From: Bugula neritina
Lineage: Eukaryota > Animalia > Bryozoa
Reading direction: 5' to 3'
Assembly: GCA_964035545.1 (NCBI GenBank)
Contig: OZ037769.1
Location: 3,329,929 to 3,393,928 of the forward strand
DNA length: 64,000 nucleotides
Shown here: positions 1 to 13,500 of the stretch, piece by piece
Numbering within the stretch: position 1 is the stretch's first letter
Layout of the letters: each line of letters begins with the position of its first letter
The notes under the pieces: model-generated
Told to the model about the DNA's origin: nothing
Databases searched by the model: none
Seen by the model: the letters and a program-made list of their open reading frames with translations, nothing else
Translations under genes and position numbers: made by a program

Positions 1-114
1 AAAAAGGTAGAATAAGTGCTATGAACATCAAACTGGTAAATTTCACCAAATAGTAAAACCAGCATATTTGAAAGCGTATCCATTTTAGTATACTATTTTG
101 AAACTTTATCTGAC

Positions 115-2901
115 ATTTTTCGAAACACAAATCTTTTCAACTGCATTTTTCACTTCACCGTCATCTAAGAAAAGATGCGACGGCACTGCCTCTTCAACTG
201 TTACTCTAAAAATAAAACAATCATAATAATAATAAGTAAAGCACACAACTACCTATTCAATATTACATTTACATGCACATAAATGAGACAGAACAAAAAC
301 TGTGCTACCCAAGAGAAACTTACCTTCCAGCTGCTTTATATTTATAAAGCTTCATGTTGCCATCAATATGAACTGCGTGTGGTGAAGCTCCGCAGCAGGG
401 ACAATTAAAGGTTTGAGCAACATGATGGAAGAAAAAAGATTCCGCCTTTTTCCATTCCAGGAAACAGCAGTTGAAGGTGTCCTGGGACATAGAGAACTTT
501 TGCTGTAAGAATAAACAAAAGTTGCTATTATAGGCTACCTACTTAATTTTCAGCCAGAAACTAAATTTGGCCAAATTGAAAATTTACTAAGTTGCAATAC
601 ATTGTTAAAGCTATTCGTCAAATTCTTGACCCTTAGATAACTTAACCAGCCAATTTAAAAATAAAAAGCAAAGAAAATGATAACCATCTGTAGATAATGA
701 TATTCAATTATAACTTTAGCAACTAAATAACTAACCTAAGATTAAATGACTATTACAAAGCATTGAAAAAAGATTCACAAAATTATGTATAACAGCTGCC
801 TTTCCCAGTTATTGATTTTATGCTGTCAACATAACTATTAAATTTTGAAAGAGCATCAAATAGCTAGTCAATTTTCACTATTAGAAGGGAGGCTTCTGCA
901 TCAATAAGATTTTCAGTAAAACTATATAAGGGTAATCAGAACAGTGATATTAACTGAAACTCAGTATTCATTTTAGCAGAGGTAAACATTCAGCATAAGT
1001 GTATAAATGAATACTAGATTTTAAAGTTGGACAAATAATAAATGAAGAAATTTGAATAAAAGCAGCAAAAAATTAGGAATATTGACCTTGCCATCCAATG
1101 CTGATATAAATTTTAGACTAGAAAGCATGCTTTTCATGCTTAGAGAGGGGGAATGGTGCTGCAAGATGCTATTATGCAACAAGTAACTGAATTCCACAAA
1201 TACTTTTCCCTCAGGAGTTAGTGGCCACAGCCCGATTTTAGGAAAATCTTCACACAGCTGAACAGGTGCCCACGAGCACAGCTCACAATAAGGTACATTT
1301 ATCGCTGTTTCAGAGAGCCCTAAAACCGAAAGATTATAGTAAAATGTTGAAAGCTAAATATAAAGAGTCTGAAAAATGAAAACATGCATGCATTTTAAAG
1401 TTTACTTTAGAATAACAGGAAGTAAAGCAAAAAATAGATGTGTGGGCAAAATGTAAATTAGCAAAAAACCCGAAAATTCCACATCACCTAAAGTGGTGGA
1501 GAATGCAACAATGACCTGAATGAATGAAAATATTTTTAAATTAGAGTTTAGAACTTGTAAAATTTACCATCATTAGTGATGACCTTGAGGGTATAAGTAG
1601 CTCTCTCAATGATTGGCTGGTTGCAGACTTGGCAAGTTGATGGAAGCAGAGTAATCCGATCACCTAAAATTAAAATCAAAAATCAGTTCTTGGCTAGAAA
1701 TGCTAACCTTTTACATTCAGCAATATAGAAAATATAGTTATAACATGGCAATCATGACGGTTAAGACTGTTAATTGAAATCGACGCTATAGAAAGCACAT
1801 ACTAAGAGAGAGTTTTCGAGCTTCCATGCCAGTAATTGTATTCTTATGAAGAATTGATCGAATTTTGTCCCATTTAACTAAGCTAGCCTCTATATATGTA
1901 GGTGTTCTTTGTGGCTGGGAAGAACAGTACTGTCCAACAAGGTCCAGCAATCTTTCAACATCTGAGAAAATTAAATAAAAACATATACTGCTCAAAAGCT
2001 AGCAAAATGAAATGTTATAATTTGTCAACAATTTTATCTATTTGGAAATTCAAATGAAAATGGTTTGTTTATACTAGCAGCACATTGAAGCTAAAATCAA
2101 TAAGTTATATGTACCAAACAAGGGTTGAACTGCAAATATTATTACTTGATTCGTGTTCATATAAATAGCTATATTGGCAACTACAAATTACAAATACTTT
2201 CTGTGTTGAGTTGATGGCAAAGAAACATGAAACATATTTTCAAGTTTAAAAACAAACCACATCTAACTATTCTATTTTACCTTAAGTGTGCATACTTACA
2301 CGCACTCAATTGGTTTTCATTTTCCACATCTACTGTATTGGAACTGGTAGCATTATTGTCTAATGAGTGTACTTGCTGATTCGCAAAATCTAAAATAAAC
2401 GTTACAAAAAGGTGCTTCAAACATCCAGCTAATAAAGTAAACCAACTGCATGCATTCAGCAAACAAGTTTCACTTTACATAAAAGGTGAAAAATTAACCT
2501 GTTAGGTGCTTAGAGACAACCCTTGTTAGCTTATCACTGTATTCTTTTGACGTTGTGTTACCAGCTTGTGATAATTCTAATAAAAAAAAACGCAATATCT
2601 ACATATAATGTTGAATGAATCAAATACAGCAAAATTTTAAGAAACTCTTGCTGCACTTTATTTATAAAGTATTAACAGAAATAAATATACCTTAGCTTTC
2701 ATTTCAGTTCAAACTTTTTCAGCTCAGTTATTACAATGTAGGCAGCTAAAATAGCTGTTTCAAAATGCCACGGACTTCAGAGCCCAATGAAAGCATAGTC
2801 AAGCAACCAGAAATTCCAAATCAATTTAGGACATATTTGTATAAAAAGATATTATAAAACACGATAATTGTTTGAACATGCAACCCACAAACAGATGGGA
2901 G

Positions 2902-2986
<85 letters not shown>

Positions 2987-3220
2987 CTGCAAGAGACTCT
3001 TTAGCATAGACAAAGATTGATGCTAAATAAAGCTAACAAACTCATAGAATTTTATCAAATAGTGTAAGATACACCTACTTTTTTCATGGTATTTTTCTCT
3101 TCGTTCTTCAAGTTTCAATCTTTTTGCAGCATCATGTTTAACTTTATCCTCTGCGATACTTTTTTTAAGTGATGACTGGAGTAGTGATAAGGCCGTAGAA
3201 TAGGTATTTTCACTAGCCAT
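115..3220 (-). CDS. KDZ (Kyakuja-Dileera-Zisupton) family transposase-like protein with a CxC cysteine cluster; 5' part only, continues beyond the left edge
   Basis: Exons 3079-3220, 2499-2576, 2300-2389, 1803-1961, 1568-1663, 1087-1319, 324-502 and 115-205 all have GT-AG boundaries, compatible phases and no stops (about 355 aa). The translation contains TCQVCNQP...PYCELC...GLWPLTP...SPSLSMKSML (CxC-like) followed by FNCPCCGASPHAVHIDGNMKLYKY, which matches the CPxC...HxDGNxKLY signature that opens the KDZ catalytic domain. Family recognised from motif memory, not from a search. Confidence 0.8.
2905..2984. repeat. (TA)n microsatellite in intron 1 of the transposase gene
   Basis: About 40 perfect TA units. 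Confidence 0.97.
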
Positions 3221-6200
3221 ATTCTATAATATTTCAAACAGATATCTTTTAGTTATAGTTAGTAGTTGTGTACAGACTCATTGCGGTAAACAAGCAAAAA
3301 AACTTTGTGGTATGGATAAGAAAGGTTTTAAAACAAAAGCCATAATTTTCAAAAAGTCTGCACCCCACTTAAAATCAACACGATCCTAGATGCTACACCA
3401 GTGCAACGAATAATTAAAACAGTGTATCTTATAGAGTTAATAACTGATATTGCATGGTTAAAATGAACAAGAAATAAAGAGAAGAAACAAACTGGCAAAA
3501 AATGCTTTCCAGAATATTTCTTAAATATATTGACATTAGAAAAATCAAAATACAAACACGAGAGGTATTACTATGCAAAAAATTCTTCCCCATATAACAA
3601 GCAAATATTATTAGTTATTTATCAGCTAAGCATAGACGCACAACGTTTCATAGTTGATTGTAAGAAAAAGGTCGGCAAAGGTTTTTGGATGTTGCAATAA
3701 AGATAAAACTCAAACCTTAGTGTGTTAGGGTAAATGAGCAAAAAACTCTATACCTATGTTACCAGAAGCAGCAACTGGTCCCAAAAAGTGCAGTAAAACT
3801 TTACACTTTTAATGATGATGTTTTATGATCATTATTATTAATAAAATGTATATCATACTAATAAAACTGTAACTGTAAATGTGAAACATATAATTCATAT
3901 CAATATTCACACGTATAAGAGTATTTACTTAAAATAGCTTATTCATTTGGAATTGTAACTAATACTCACAAGTAACAGAACACGTACCAATAAAATAACA
4001 ATCACTGTAAGAAATGAGTATTTAACACCATAAAAACCTAAAGCATTGATACTTGTGGTACATCTAGTACTAAAGCACTTACAGACTTACAGTGGTAGTT
4101 TGTTATCACTAATGATTTTCACAGTTCTCAATCAAAAGTGTACTTTGCAGTTATTATAATTGACGTAACTAGTAATGAAGATTGCAATATTATTACCAAT
4201 GTAAATAATGATGGTAATGAAAATAATTAAAACCATGATGATCTTAATTATGATCTAAATCAATTCATCATTATTAAAAATGTGAGTCTTTGATGTCTTG
4301 GCTATAGTAAATGATTATACTTATTTACATATATTTATTGTATTAGAAAAAATAGTACCATCAGCATTAGTATCACATTGAAGTATGAATATGACTACAA
4401 TGAATTACTTATTTACTATACTAACAATTCTTAATCATACTGTACAGCTTCACATTTTAGCTGTATATGTATAAATCTAAGTAATGAAAATAATACTTTA
4501 AGGGTTATTATTATAGTTGCTGACTCACTCAGTAACTGAGTAAGTAGTAGTACAAATTTAAAAACAATAATATTTAGTAATATTAATAATACAGTAATAA
4601 TAATAATTTTGCTACTACAACTATAATAATGACAATAGTTGTAGTAGCAAAACTACAAGTACTAAAAAGCTATCTAATTCTGTGTTTGTAAAAGAAACTA
4701 CAATATCAAATAAGAATATTTAATATAAATAAATAGGTGCAGGTCATTTCGTACACACATTAATATGAATTGACTGAAATACATATTCATTATTTGATGT
4801 ATGAGACTATGAGCCAAACAGTACTGCTCACAAGCAACTTGCACATTACAATTTAAACCACTGAGGCACTGATCAAAATAAAACCAAAAAGTGTTCAATA
4901 AAAAAATATATTACCTCATTTATCAAAATAGTAATAGATAATACATTAAAAAATAATATAAAACATCGATCAATAAGAGACATGGGAGGTGTTCAATATA
5001 TATGCTGGAAAGCAATAAATAAGTAAATTAGTACCATTGAAGTAGTCATCTAGTGGATTAATCAATTATTCATTTTGTGTACGAAACGACTTGTGTATGG
5101 AACGACAGTAAACAAACTAAATATGTTTGGTTAAATTTAAATTAATCATAATGATCCAATTTCAATTTGGAATACCATAGGCGTACTCAAACTTATAAGC
5201 TAGGGCACATGCATGGTTATTATTGGAAAATAGATTAATAATTAGTAGTACTAATACTAATAGTAATACTGATACGAATGCACTAATAGTAATGGTAATA
5301 CTTATAATGTCACATTTGCTCATACTCTTAGTTACAACCATATTTATAATTAATATGAATATTGTTATGATTTTCAGAGTTAGGGTTGATATGCAATCCA
5401 GAGAGTCTAATTACTTGCTAGAGAACTTCACCAGGATAAGTCGAGTGAACGACTATATATTTTAAGTACAAGAACACATTATAAAAACGATACAAATACA
5501 TTTAATAATTCCACACATGTAGACTACTCAACACTCTAACTTCGACTGACTAACAGCGGGAAATTTACTACTGCTACTAACTACTAAAGTTGCTAATTGG
5601 CTGTCATTGTTCCGGGTCAATTACGCGACCCTGCGTATTGTGCTGCTGGTAGCTCCACGAGCCACCACAATATCACTCTCACCATCGAACTCAATAATAT
5701 TCCAGCTCAGTGACTCTCACTCTGACTCACACTCTAACTCTAAGTCTACCAGTAGCAGTATCACTACCAATATAGCTATAACTCTAAGTATTACTCAATC
5801 AGTTTCACTATGACCATGATAAAATCATAAAATGATGAATAATTCACTAATAGTGATAACAGTTACTGATTAGAGTGATTTTAAATTAGTAATCACAAAT
5901 CTGCGTAATCAGTATAGCTGACTTATAGTTATACTTATACTTATAACTTATAAGTTATAATAGTAATACACTAATAGTAATACTAATAGTAATAGTTATA
6001 CTTATAGTATTAGAACCTTATACTATGTCTATAGTCTATGACGGCATGACATACCCATAAATGGTGATGTCTAAGTCCTACTTCAAAGTAGCAGTTAAAC
6101 TTAAAGTTTGATATTCTACTCTGTATAACTCATTAACTGAGACTGAGTATTATACACCTTACATGTCATGCTAAGTATCATTATGATTATCACTTGAGGT

Positions 6201-7029
6201 TTATGAGTATCACTTTCAGTAAGATACTCATACTATGGCTATGAGTTATACTCATAGTCATACCCCGATGCCCACACTTCTACTTCTAGTGATTTACTCC
6301 TATTCCTAGTTCTACGGGCAAGGCTACTCACTCATACTCATAGTCATAGTAACTGATAGTGTTGTAACTCAAACTAATACTATAACCAATGCCAAAAGAC
6401 AAGGTAAAGCTAAAATCAGAAATAGAAACCAAAGGGTCATAAATCATATATGTAATGGTGTTTTAGTTTATGTTTGTTTATTTTTTTCTTTTTTTACTCT
6501 CCTGGCAGTAGCTAGCTATTGAGCTTTGAATCAAAGCATAATTAACTATATTCTTATCTCGTAGACAAAATGGTTTTCTTCCTTACTACTGATAATTTAA
6601 ACAATTGTTCATACACCACTGCATCTCGATAAAGGAGCCAAAGCGCTCCGAGTGAGATTAATTAGATGAGATGAGATGAGATGATGCTCATTTTATGTTT
6701 ATGCTACCAAGTACCAACTCATCAGTCACTTAGTTTTATAGTGATGATTATACTTACACTTATAGCCTACACCCTATAGCTTATTTAATTTTGACTCTAC
6801 CTTGCCCTTTGGCATTGATTTAGTTTTAATTAAATTGTTATATTTAATGTTTTTCATGAACTTTATGAAGTTTTATTGATAAGTTATCATATAGTAACAC
6901 TAATAGTAATAGTGATAATTGTATCATAATGATGATATTGATATATAAAATATTATGACCATCAATGTATCACTGTGAATGTAATAATTTTTATATAAGT
7001 AAATTGATTTACTATTAAATAAAACTGGG

Positions 7030-7116
7030 TGTGACTAAAATGGGTGGCCACCTGGTGTCGCGGTCCGTGACACATATTTTAGTCATAAGGGGGGTTTTGA
7101 CTAAAATGGGTGTCGC
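7030..7116. repeat. Three copies of a ~19-bp TGACTAAAATRKGTGKC motif (forward, reverse, forward); possible transposon termini
   Basis: gtgactaaaatgggtggc (7031), gtgacacatattttagtca (7067-7085, reverse) and tgactaaaatgggtgtcgc (7098-7116). The last two form a palindrome around a G6 run. Confidence 0.7.
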
Positions 7117-8959
7117 AAAATTTTTTAGTTGTATTTTTACATTTTGTGAACATTTTTTTTGTTAATATTGCTCTCAGTATTTTTACTAGTTTAAAGTAGC
7201 CTATATGGTTCAATAGTCAGCATGTCTAGAAACTGAAAAATAACTATGAAATTGAATTAAAATACATGCATTGAATTATTCGCGATTATATGAGAGTATA
7301 ATTTTTCTTTAATAGAAATTGAGTCATGCAAGGGAAGCTGGTTTCCTTACTTTATTAAGCAAAATTTGCTATCACAACAACAATGTGTTGCTAGCCTTGA
7401 TTCGGAAACATTTTATATTTATAACTCTGCATGATGCTTATTTTGAGACATTTGGCTGCATGTTGGATAGATTGCATAGCATCTTTACTTGCGCTAATAC
7501 TTAGAAGCATTTACTTGGTTTTCCTATAGTTTTATTTTGAATGTTTTCATGATATATTGCAGAACTGTGGGTTCATTCTACTTGTAAGTATATTCCATAG
7601 GTCTAACTCAAACCCTGTGAATTTTCAAGTTACTATGGCAAGCTATGATGAAAGAAATGCTAAACTGGACAGGTAATAGAAAAGAAAGTCCAATAATTTT
7701 TTTAATTGTAATTTAAATTACTTTGCTTGCATTACTCAGCAGTATGGTAGCAGTGGTAGAACCAGCAGCAGTAGCAGCAGGAGTAGATCATAGTGTAGTA
7801 GTATTGATAAAATGATTGATAGATTAGAACTGTAATTTTGAATATTAAAAATATGACAATGCCACTGTGCGCCATAAATTTCTTGATGGCCATTAAAATC
7901 AGCCATTAAATCAGTTTTTTTTTTGGCTAGAACAAGCACTGCTGCCTGGACATAGTAATATATTATATGTATGGACTGTATGTTAATTATATGTAGAGGA
8001 ATTATTTTTGCTAGCTTTAATAAAAAACCCTGCTCGTTTCTCATATTATTGTATTGTCAGTTTCAGCAATTTCAGGCCAGATACATTTAAATTATACCTT
8101 GCAAATTTTAGGCCTGTTCCAGTCTACCTGTCAACACATTTGTTTGATCTGATCTAATTATGATGGCCTTCCAAGCAATGTAGTTAGCAAAAGTGAGAGA
8201 ACTAATATTGCTTTTTCAGCCTATATTATGTTTAAAACCAGTAAAATAATAGAAATCATGAAACTAGTAATAGGCAATCCTATAATGCTGTTTAATAAAC
8301 TTATTTGCGCTGTTACTTTACTGATTTCGACGCTGTTTTATAAATTATTAGCAATCTTTCAAAGATGAATAAATATACATTTTCTTTTAGTATGTCACCA
8401 ATTGGAATATTTTGACCTGTATACCTATCTAGTGGAGGTGTTAATTTGTAAACATATTGGTTTTGCCAAGATTATTGATTAAAGCAGTTGCTGAAAGCCA
8501 AAATAAAATGCTAACCAAAGTTCATATCTAGTGGGCTACAATTTGCCAACTTCTATAAAGCATATAATAGCTAGTAATTGTTTCTATGCTGTACCACTTG
8601 ACGGTCTGTTCTCTTTTACCTTACTCTATATTATGCTGTATAAATTCTAGCACACCTATCTGGTTTTTAATCATTTCTTGCACCATATGCCAATAATTTT
8701 TACGTAGATGCATACAATCGGACAGCTGGATGGCCTGGCCATTGTGGAGAAGCATCATAACCACCTGCTTGGTGTTGGAGCTGAGTGCATATCAAGGTGG
8801 GTAGCACAACTTCTTAGTTCATAAGTAGCAGCCTAGTTTTTTAAAAGGTTTGACTATATTAAAATATAAACATTTTGTTATTGCACTAATACAATGATAA
8901 AATGAGCAAACAGTTTCCAATATAACTTGCTGCTGGTAAGATTTACAGTACTTGTAGTA

Positions 8960-9470
8960 GAAACAATATTAGTAGTGGTGGTGGCGGCGGCGGTGGTAGC
9001 GGCAGTAGTGGTAAAAGTAGTAGTAGCAGCAGTACTGGTAGTAGTAGCAGTAGTAGTACTAGTTAGTAGTAGTAGTAGTAGTAGTAGAAGTAGTAGCAGC
9101 AGCAGTAGTAGTAGCAGTAGTAGAAGTAGTAGCAGCAGCAGCAGCAGCAGTAGCAGTAGTAGCAGCAGTAGTAGTAGTAGTAGCAGTAGTAGAAGTAGTA
9201 GTAGCAGTAGTAGTAGTAGCAGTAGTAGTAGCAGTAGTAGAAGTAGTAGCAGCAGCAGTAGCAGTAGTAGTAGCAGTAGTAGAAGTAGTAGCAGCAGCAG
9301 TAGCAGCAGTAGTAGTAGTAGTAGTAGTAGTAGCAGTAGTAGTAGTAGTAGTAGTAGCAGTAGTAGTAGTAGCAGTAGCAGTAGTAGTAGTAGTAGTAGT
9401 ATAGTAGCAGTAGTATAGTAGTAGAAGTAATAATAATAAAATAATAACATTATTAGTAGTAGTGGTGAAG
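8960..9470. repeat. (AGT/AGC)n compound trinucleotide microsatellite
   Basis: About 500 bp of agt/agc/aga triplets, which generate the poly-L, poly-S and poly-T ORFs. Confidence 0.97.
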
Positions 9471-10562
9471 TTGCTTTTGATTCTGACGTTAGTACTGTTA
9501 GTGGTAGAGATGGTGTTGGTAGAAATAGGATTAGTGGTTGTGCACTCATAGTTAAAGGCATAAAGCATAAACCAGAATTGAATACATATATAACATAGAT
9601 ATGATATGACTCCTTATTTATATTGATTTACTATCTTGCATGAACATGGCATTTTCGCTATCAACATTAGTGTTTGTATTATACACTTTCACTAAACAAG
9701 CTTGTTAAATTTATAAAAAATTATGTAGGTGATGACTTTTGCATATCTGTGTTTAATTTTAAAAATATCATGTTGCATAATTATTTTTTAGGTGTCTGGT
9801 GAGCGGACGACTTCATTTTCGGCTGCTTCATGGCACCTTTATTTTCGGAAAAGATGTAACCACTTGTAAAATCAGTTTTTTTATGGTGAACTAAACAATA
9901 TAATGTTTAACAAAATTCTTTTTTGGTTAAAAATAAAGGTATACTGTCTTTGGCTTTCTGTTATTTCTATATTGTGTTCTTCTGTTGCTATGTGTAATTG
10001 ATGAGATGACTCCAAACTCTTGCACATCCGCCACAATAAAGTAGATAATTTTGCTATGTGCATCAAGATTTTGTTATAAGTAGATATAGTTTTGCAATGA
10101 TAGTGTTGATGCTGCAGCAGGTAACATTCTAGTAGGATAAACCAAACAGAATTTAAGCTAAAACATTCTAAAAAAATACAGGATTGCTTGAGCCACCTTA
10201 CCTTTGCTTTTTTCTAGGCAAAAGTTGTTAGCTAAATAATAAAAAGACAAATTAATGATTTCTGTGAGAGTTGTCTACTACAAAAATTACGTAGCAGATC
10301 ATCATTAGTAACCATAACAACACGTACATGTTTACAGCACTCATGTGCTCTCTTTGTTCTGATTCGTCAACAGTAGCGCCCTAGACAGTCGATGTTATCG
10401 CACGAAAATATATTGTTTATTGCGGCTAATATCGCGAAATAGCAAAATGAGGATCGACCCTGACAGTCGTAAAAGCCGTGTGATGCACTGCTCCAGTCAC
10501 TAAGGATAGACTTACTCAGCATAAATTCATCCAAGTTTAGACTTCTGCAGAGGAGGTAAAAG

Positions 10563-13500
10563 ATGTGCTCAGATCTTGGGACAGGAAATGCTACGGATTG
10601 CTACAAAAATATCTGTCAGGCGTACAACGCGACAAACTCTGGTAAGAATATCAATGTTAAGAATTTCTAGTAATACTCGATTATGAAAGTATTTTACAAA
10701 ATGAATGGCTACATGTTTCCAGTTTGTTTATTTAGCACACTAACAGTTATACAAAATATAATATATTATGGCATATTATATTATTGTTTACTGTTCTAAT
10801 AATAGGCTATAACTATAACTGATACTACATGCATGATATACAATATGTATAATGTTATGTATACATATCATGCATGTATATTACACATGTTTACATGTAC
10901 ACATGCGTATAATATACATGTCCGCATGTATATTACATTGCTGTCAATTGAGTTTAGACAGTCAAATGACTTTTTGACTGTCTAAACTGTAATGGTTCAA
11001 GTATGCTGAAGTTAGAATTGCCTAAGAGTTGCAAAAGAGTTGCAAAAGAGTTGCATACGTATGATAATGATGCACTAACAGTGTTTGTAGGTGTTAATTG
11101 TAGTATTATACTGACAGTTATAGCATACCTGCATTCTTATACAATTACTTTTATATATACATGTACATTGTATATAGCAGTATACTGTAATAGACTATAA
11201 TAGATGTATTAGTGTTATATAATTTAATTGCACGTATAGAAGTGATTACAACGAGGCTGCATCATATCACATGTAGCTTAGTAAAATTATCCTAGACCGT
11301 AATAATATAAACTAAAAATAGCTTCATTTCTCATTGACAGCTCATTATGTTTATCTCATGCACTTGTGCTAATAGCACTCAAGCTATTGAGTAGAGCACA
11401 AGCTATGAGTATAGATTGGCAGTATTTTGTACTGAGAAATTATTGTTGACTTTTTAAGTTTTGAACAAAGCTCCTTAAGAATTAATATGAAACAAATACC
11501 AAAGTAATGTAGCAGGCGCAACTTTATCTTTCAAGTGCTAAGCTCTTATACTTACTGCTTGAGATAAAAAGCGTCAGCTAAAGTAGTAACTTCCTGCTTA
11601 TTGAAAGTCTTACGAATACTACATAAAGTTTTTTTCTTCTTACTTATGATATAAAATTTTCTTTTAAATTACTCGACAAAACTGACTGATTAAAAAATTA
11701 ATTTTTAGCATTTGATCTGTTTTATTTAAAATTGTGAATTTTATTTTTCTTTTTCTAAAATTAGTTAGTTAACAATTTGAAACCACCATGGAAGTTGATT
11801 GATGTTAAAATATGCTGTACTGACAATGATGCAATAACAAAGCCCATGGCAATCTCCTACCCCACTCAAACCCTCTGATCAATCAAATCAGAAATCCAAT
11901 TTACTCACAAATGTCATCAATAGCCTCAATTGGTATAAATCAGTGTATGCTGAAACTTATAAACCACCAAGTATTATTCAATAGTGCTTTTAAAATCTTT
12001 CTATAAGCAGCTCAGAGTTGGGGGTGACTGAGTGCAGTAGTTTGGGGCTCTCCAGTTTAGAGTTGGGCGATATATGCAGATTGAAACCATTGAACTATAA
12101 CCCCCCTATAGGAAGCTTTAGTTCATTGATTAAAATTTTGAACCCCCAACTCCAAGCTCGAGACCCCAAACTATTGCACTCAGTCACTCTCAACTCGGGA
12201 CTGCCTATAGATAATTTCGTGCTTTTACTGAGCTTGACCTTTTTATTTTAGCAGTTTCCCTCTCTGGTCTGGCTACAGATGTACTTACCTACATGTACGT
12301 GTCAGTCACAGCAGTCATGTCTTTGCTTTCTGTGGCCGGATCAGTCACCATCATATTCTACTACTATAGACTTCCAGAACTTCGCAACAAGTCAAGACAA
12401 CTCCTAGTCTATCTTAGTGCTTGTGACCTAGTTATTGCACTGGGGAATATCATTGGTATAATTTGGTAAGTGGTTCTAGTAATTTATAATCCTTGAGTCC
12501 TCCCAATCAACGTGTAAAAATACATTTTTCTTAGAATTTTTGTGGCTCTAAAATTGATTTAAATTGATGAATTATCAGTTGAATGAAAAAGTGCTATTAC
12601 AAAATTGAAGATATAATTGATATGTTAAATCTAACCACTCCGTTGATGGGCTGGACTGAAACTTTTGGGCAACTTATGAACCAACAATATTGTGAAAAAG
12701 TCCTAAAAAATTTGCATGCAGAAGCAAGATTGGAACCATTTAATGCAACCTTTAATTTCTGTTTTTTAGGATAAAAGTTTTTAGATCTGAGCATCCTGAT
12801 ACTTACAAGACAGTACACACCAAAAAGAGCGGGTGGGACTGGGCAAGCGATGACCACATATGGATATGTAAAATCCAGGCTATACTTTGTACTGGATTCA
12901 GCATAGCCAGTTTCTTGTGGACTTCCATCATTGCTATCAATGTATTCCTCACAGTGGTTTATAACAACAGGGTAAGATTTCATGGGCAAGTAACTTCCTT
13001 TACCATACTGTAACCATGTAATTTTAAGTTCATTACACACACATGTTCCTATTTTATTTGTCTATGGTTTACTTCAGTAAATGTATTTTTCCTCAAAGAT
13101 CTGCAGTACCAGCTGCGATCACGGATTTACTAATCTTCTAATTGAAGTCAAAGAGTCTGTATACAGACTGGTCTTTCATAAACTACACGATCCTTCAGCA
13201 TTAGCACTCAAGTTGCTTTGAATTTAGATTCGTCTTTTGTGTCTCTTCACTTTAGCAGCAAACATCAGCATAAAATATTCTCATGTAAATCTAATATGCC
13301 TACTCTTTTCACGCTCCTTGCTGCCCAGCCTTTCTTGTCTTTGTGTGTGATTAACTGTTTACATATTTTCTTTACTACAATAATATTATAATTTTTTGGA
13401 CAACTATATAATAATAGGTGCTATTTAGAATTTCTTTTAAAGCCAACATATAATAAACACAATTTGATAATCCATCGTTTGTAAACCTGATGATTGATCT

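Noticed and set aside
8878-9568. Poly-Leu, poly-Ser and poly-Thr ORFs
   Set aside because: Translations of a trinucleotide microsatellite.
13090-13350. Coding-like stretch in a GPR157-like intron
   Set aside because: Multiple stops in the frame examined and no recognisable family; at most a decayed TE fragment.
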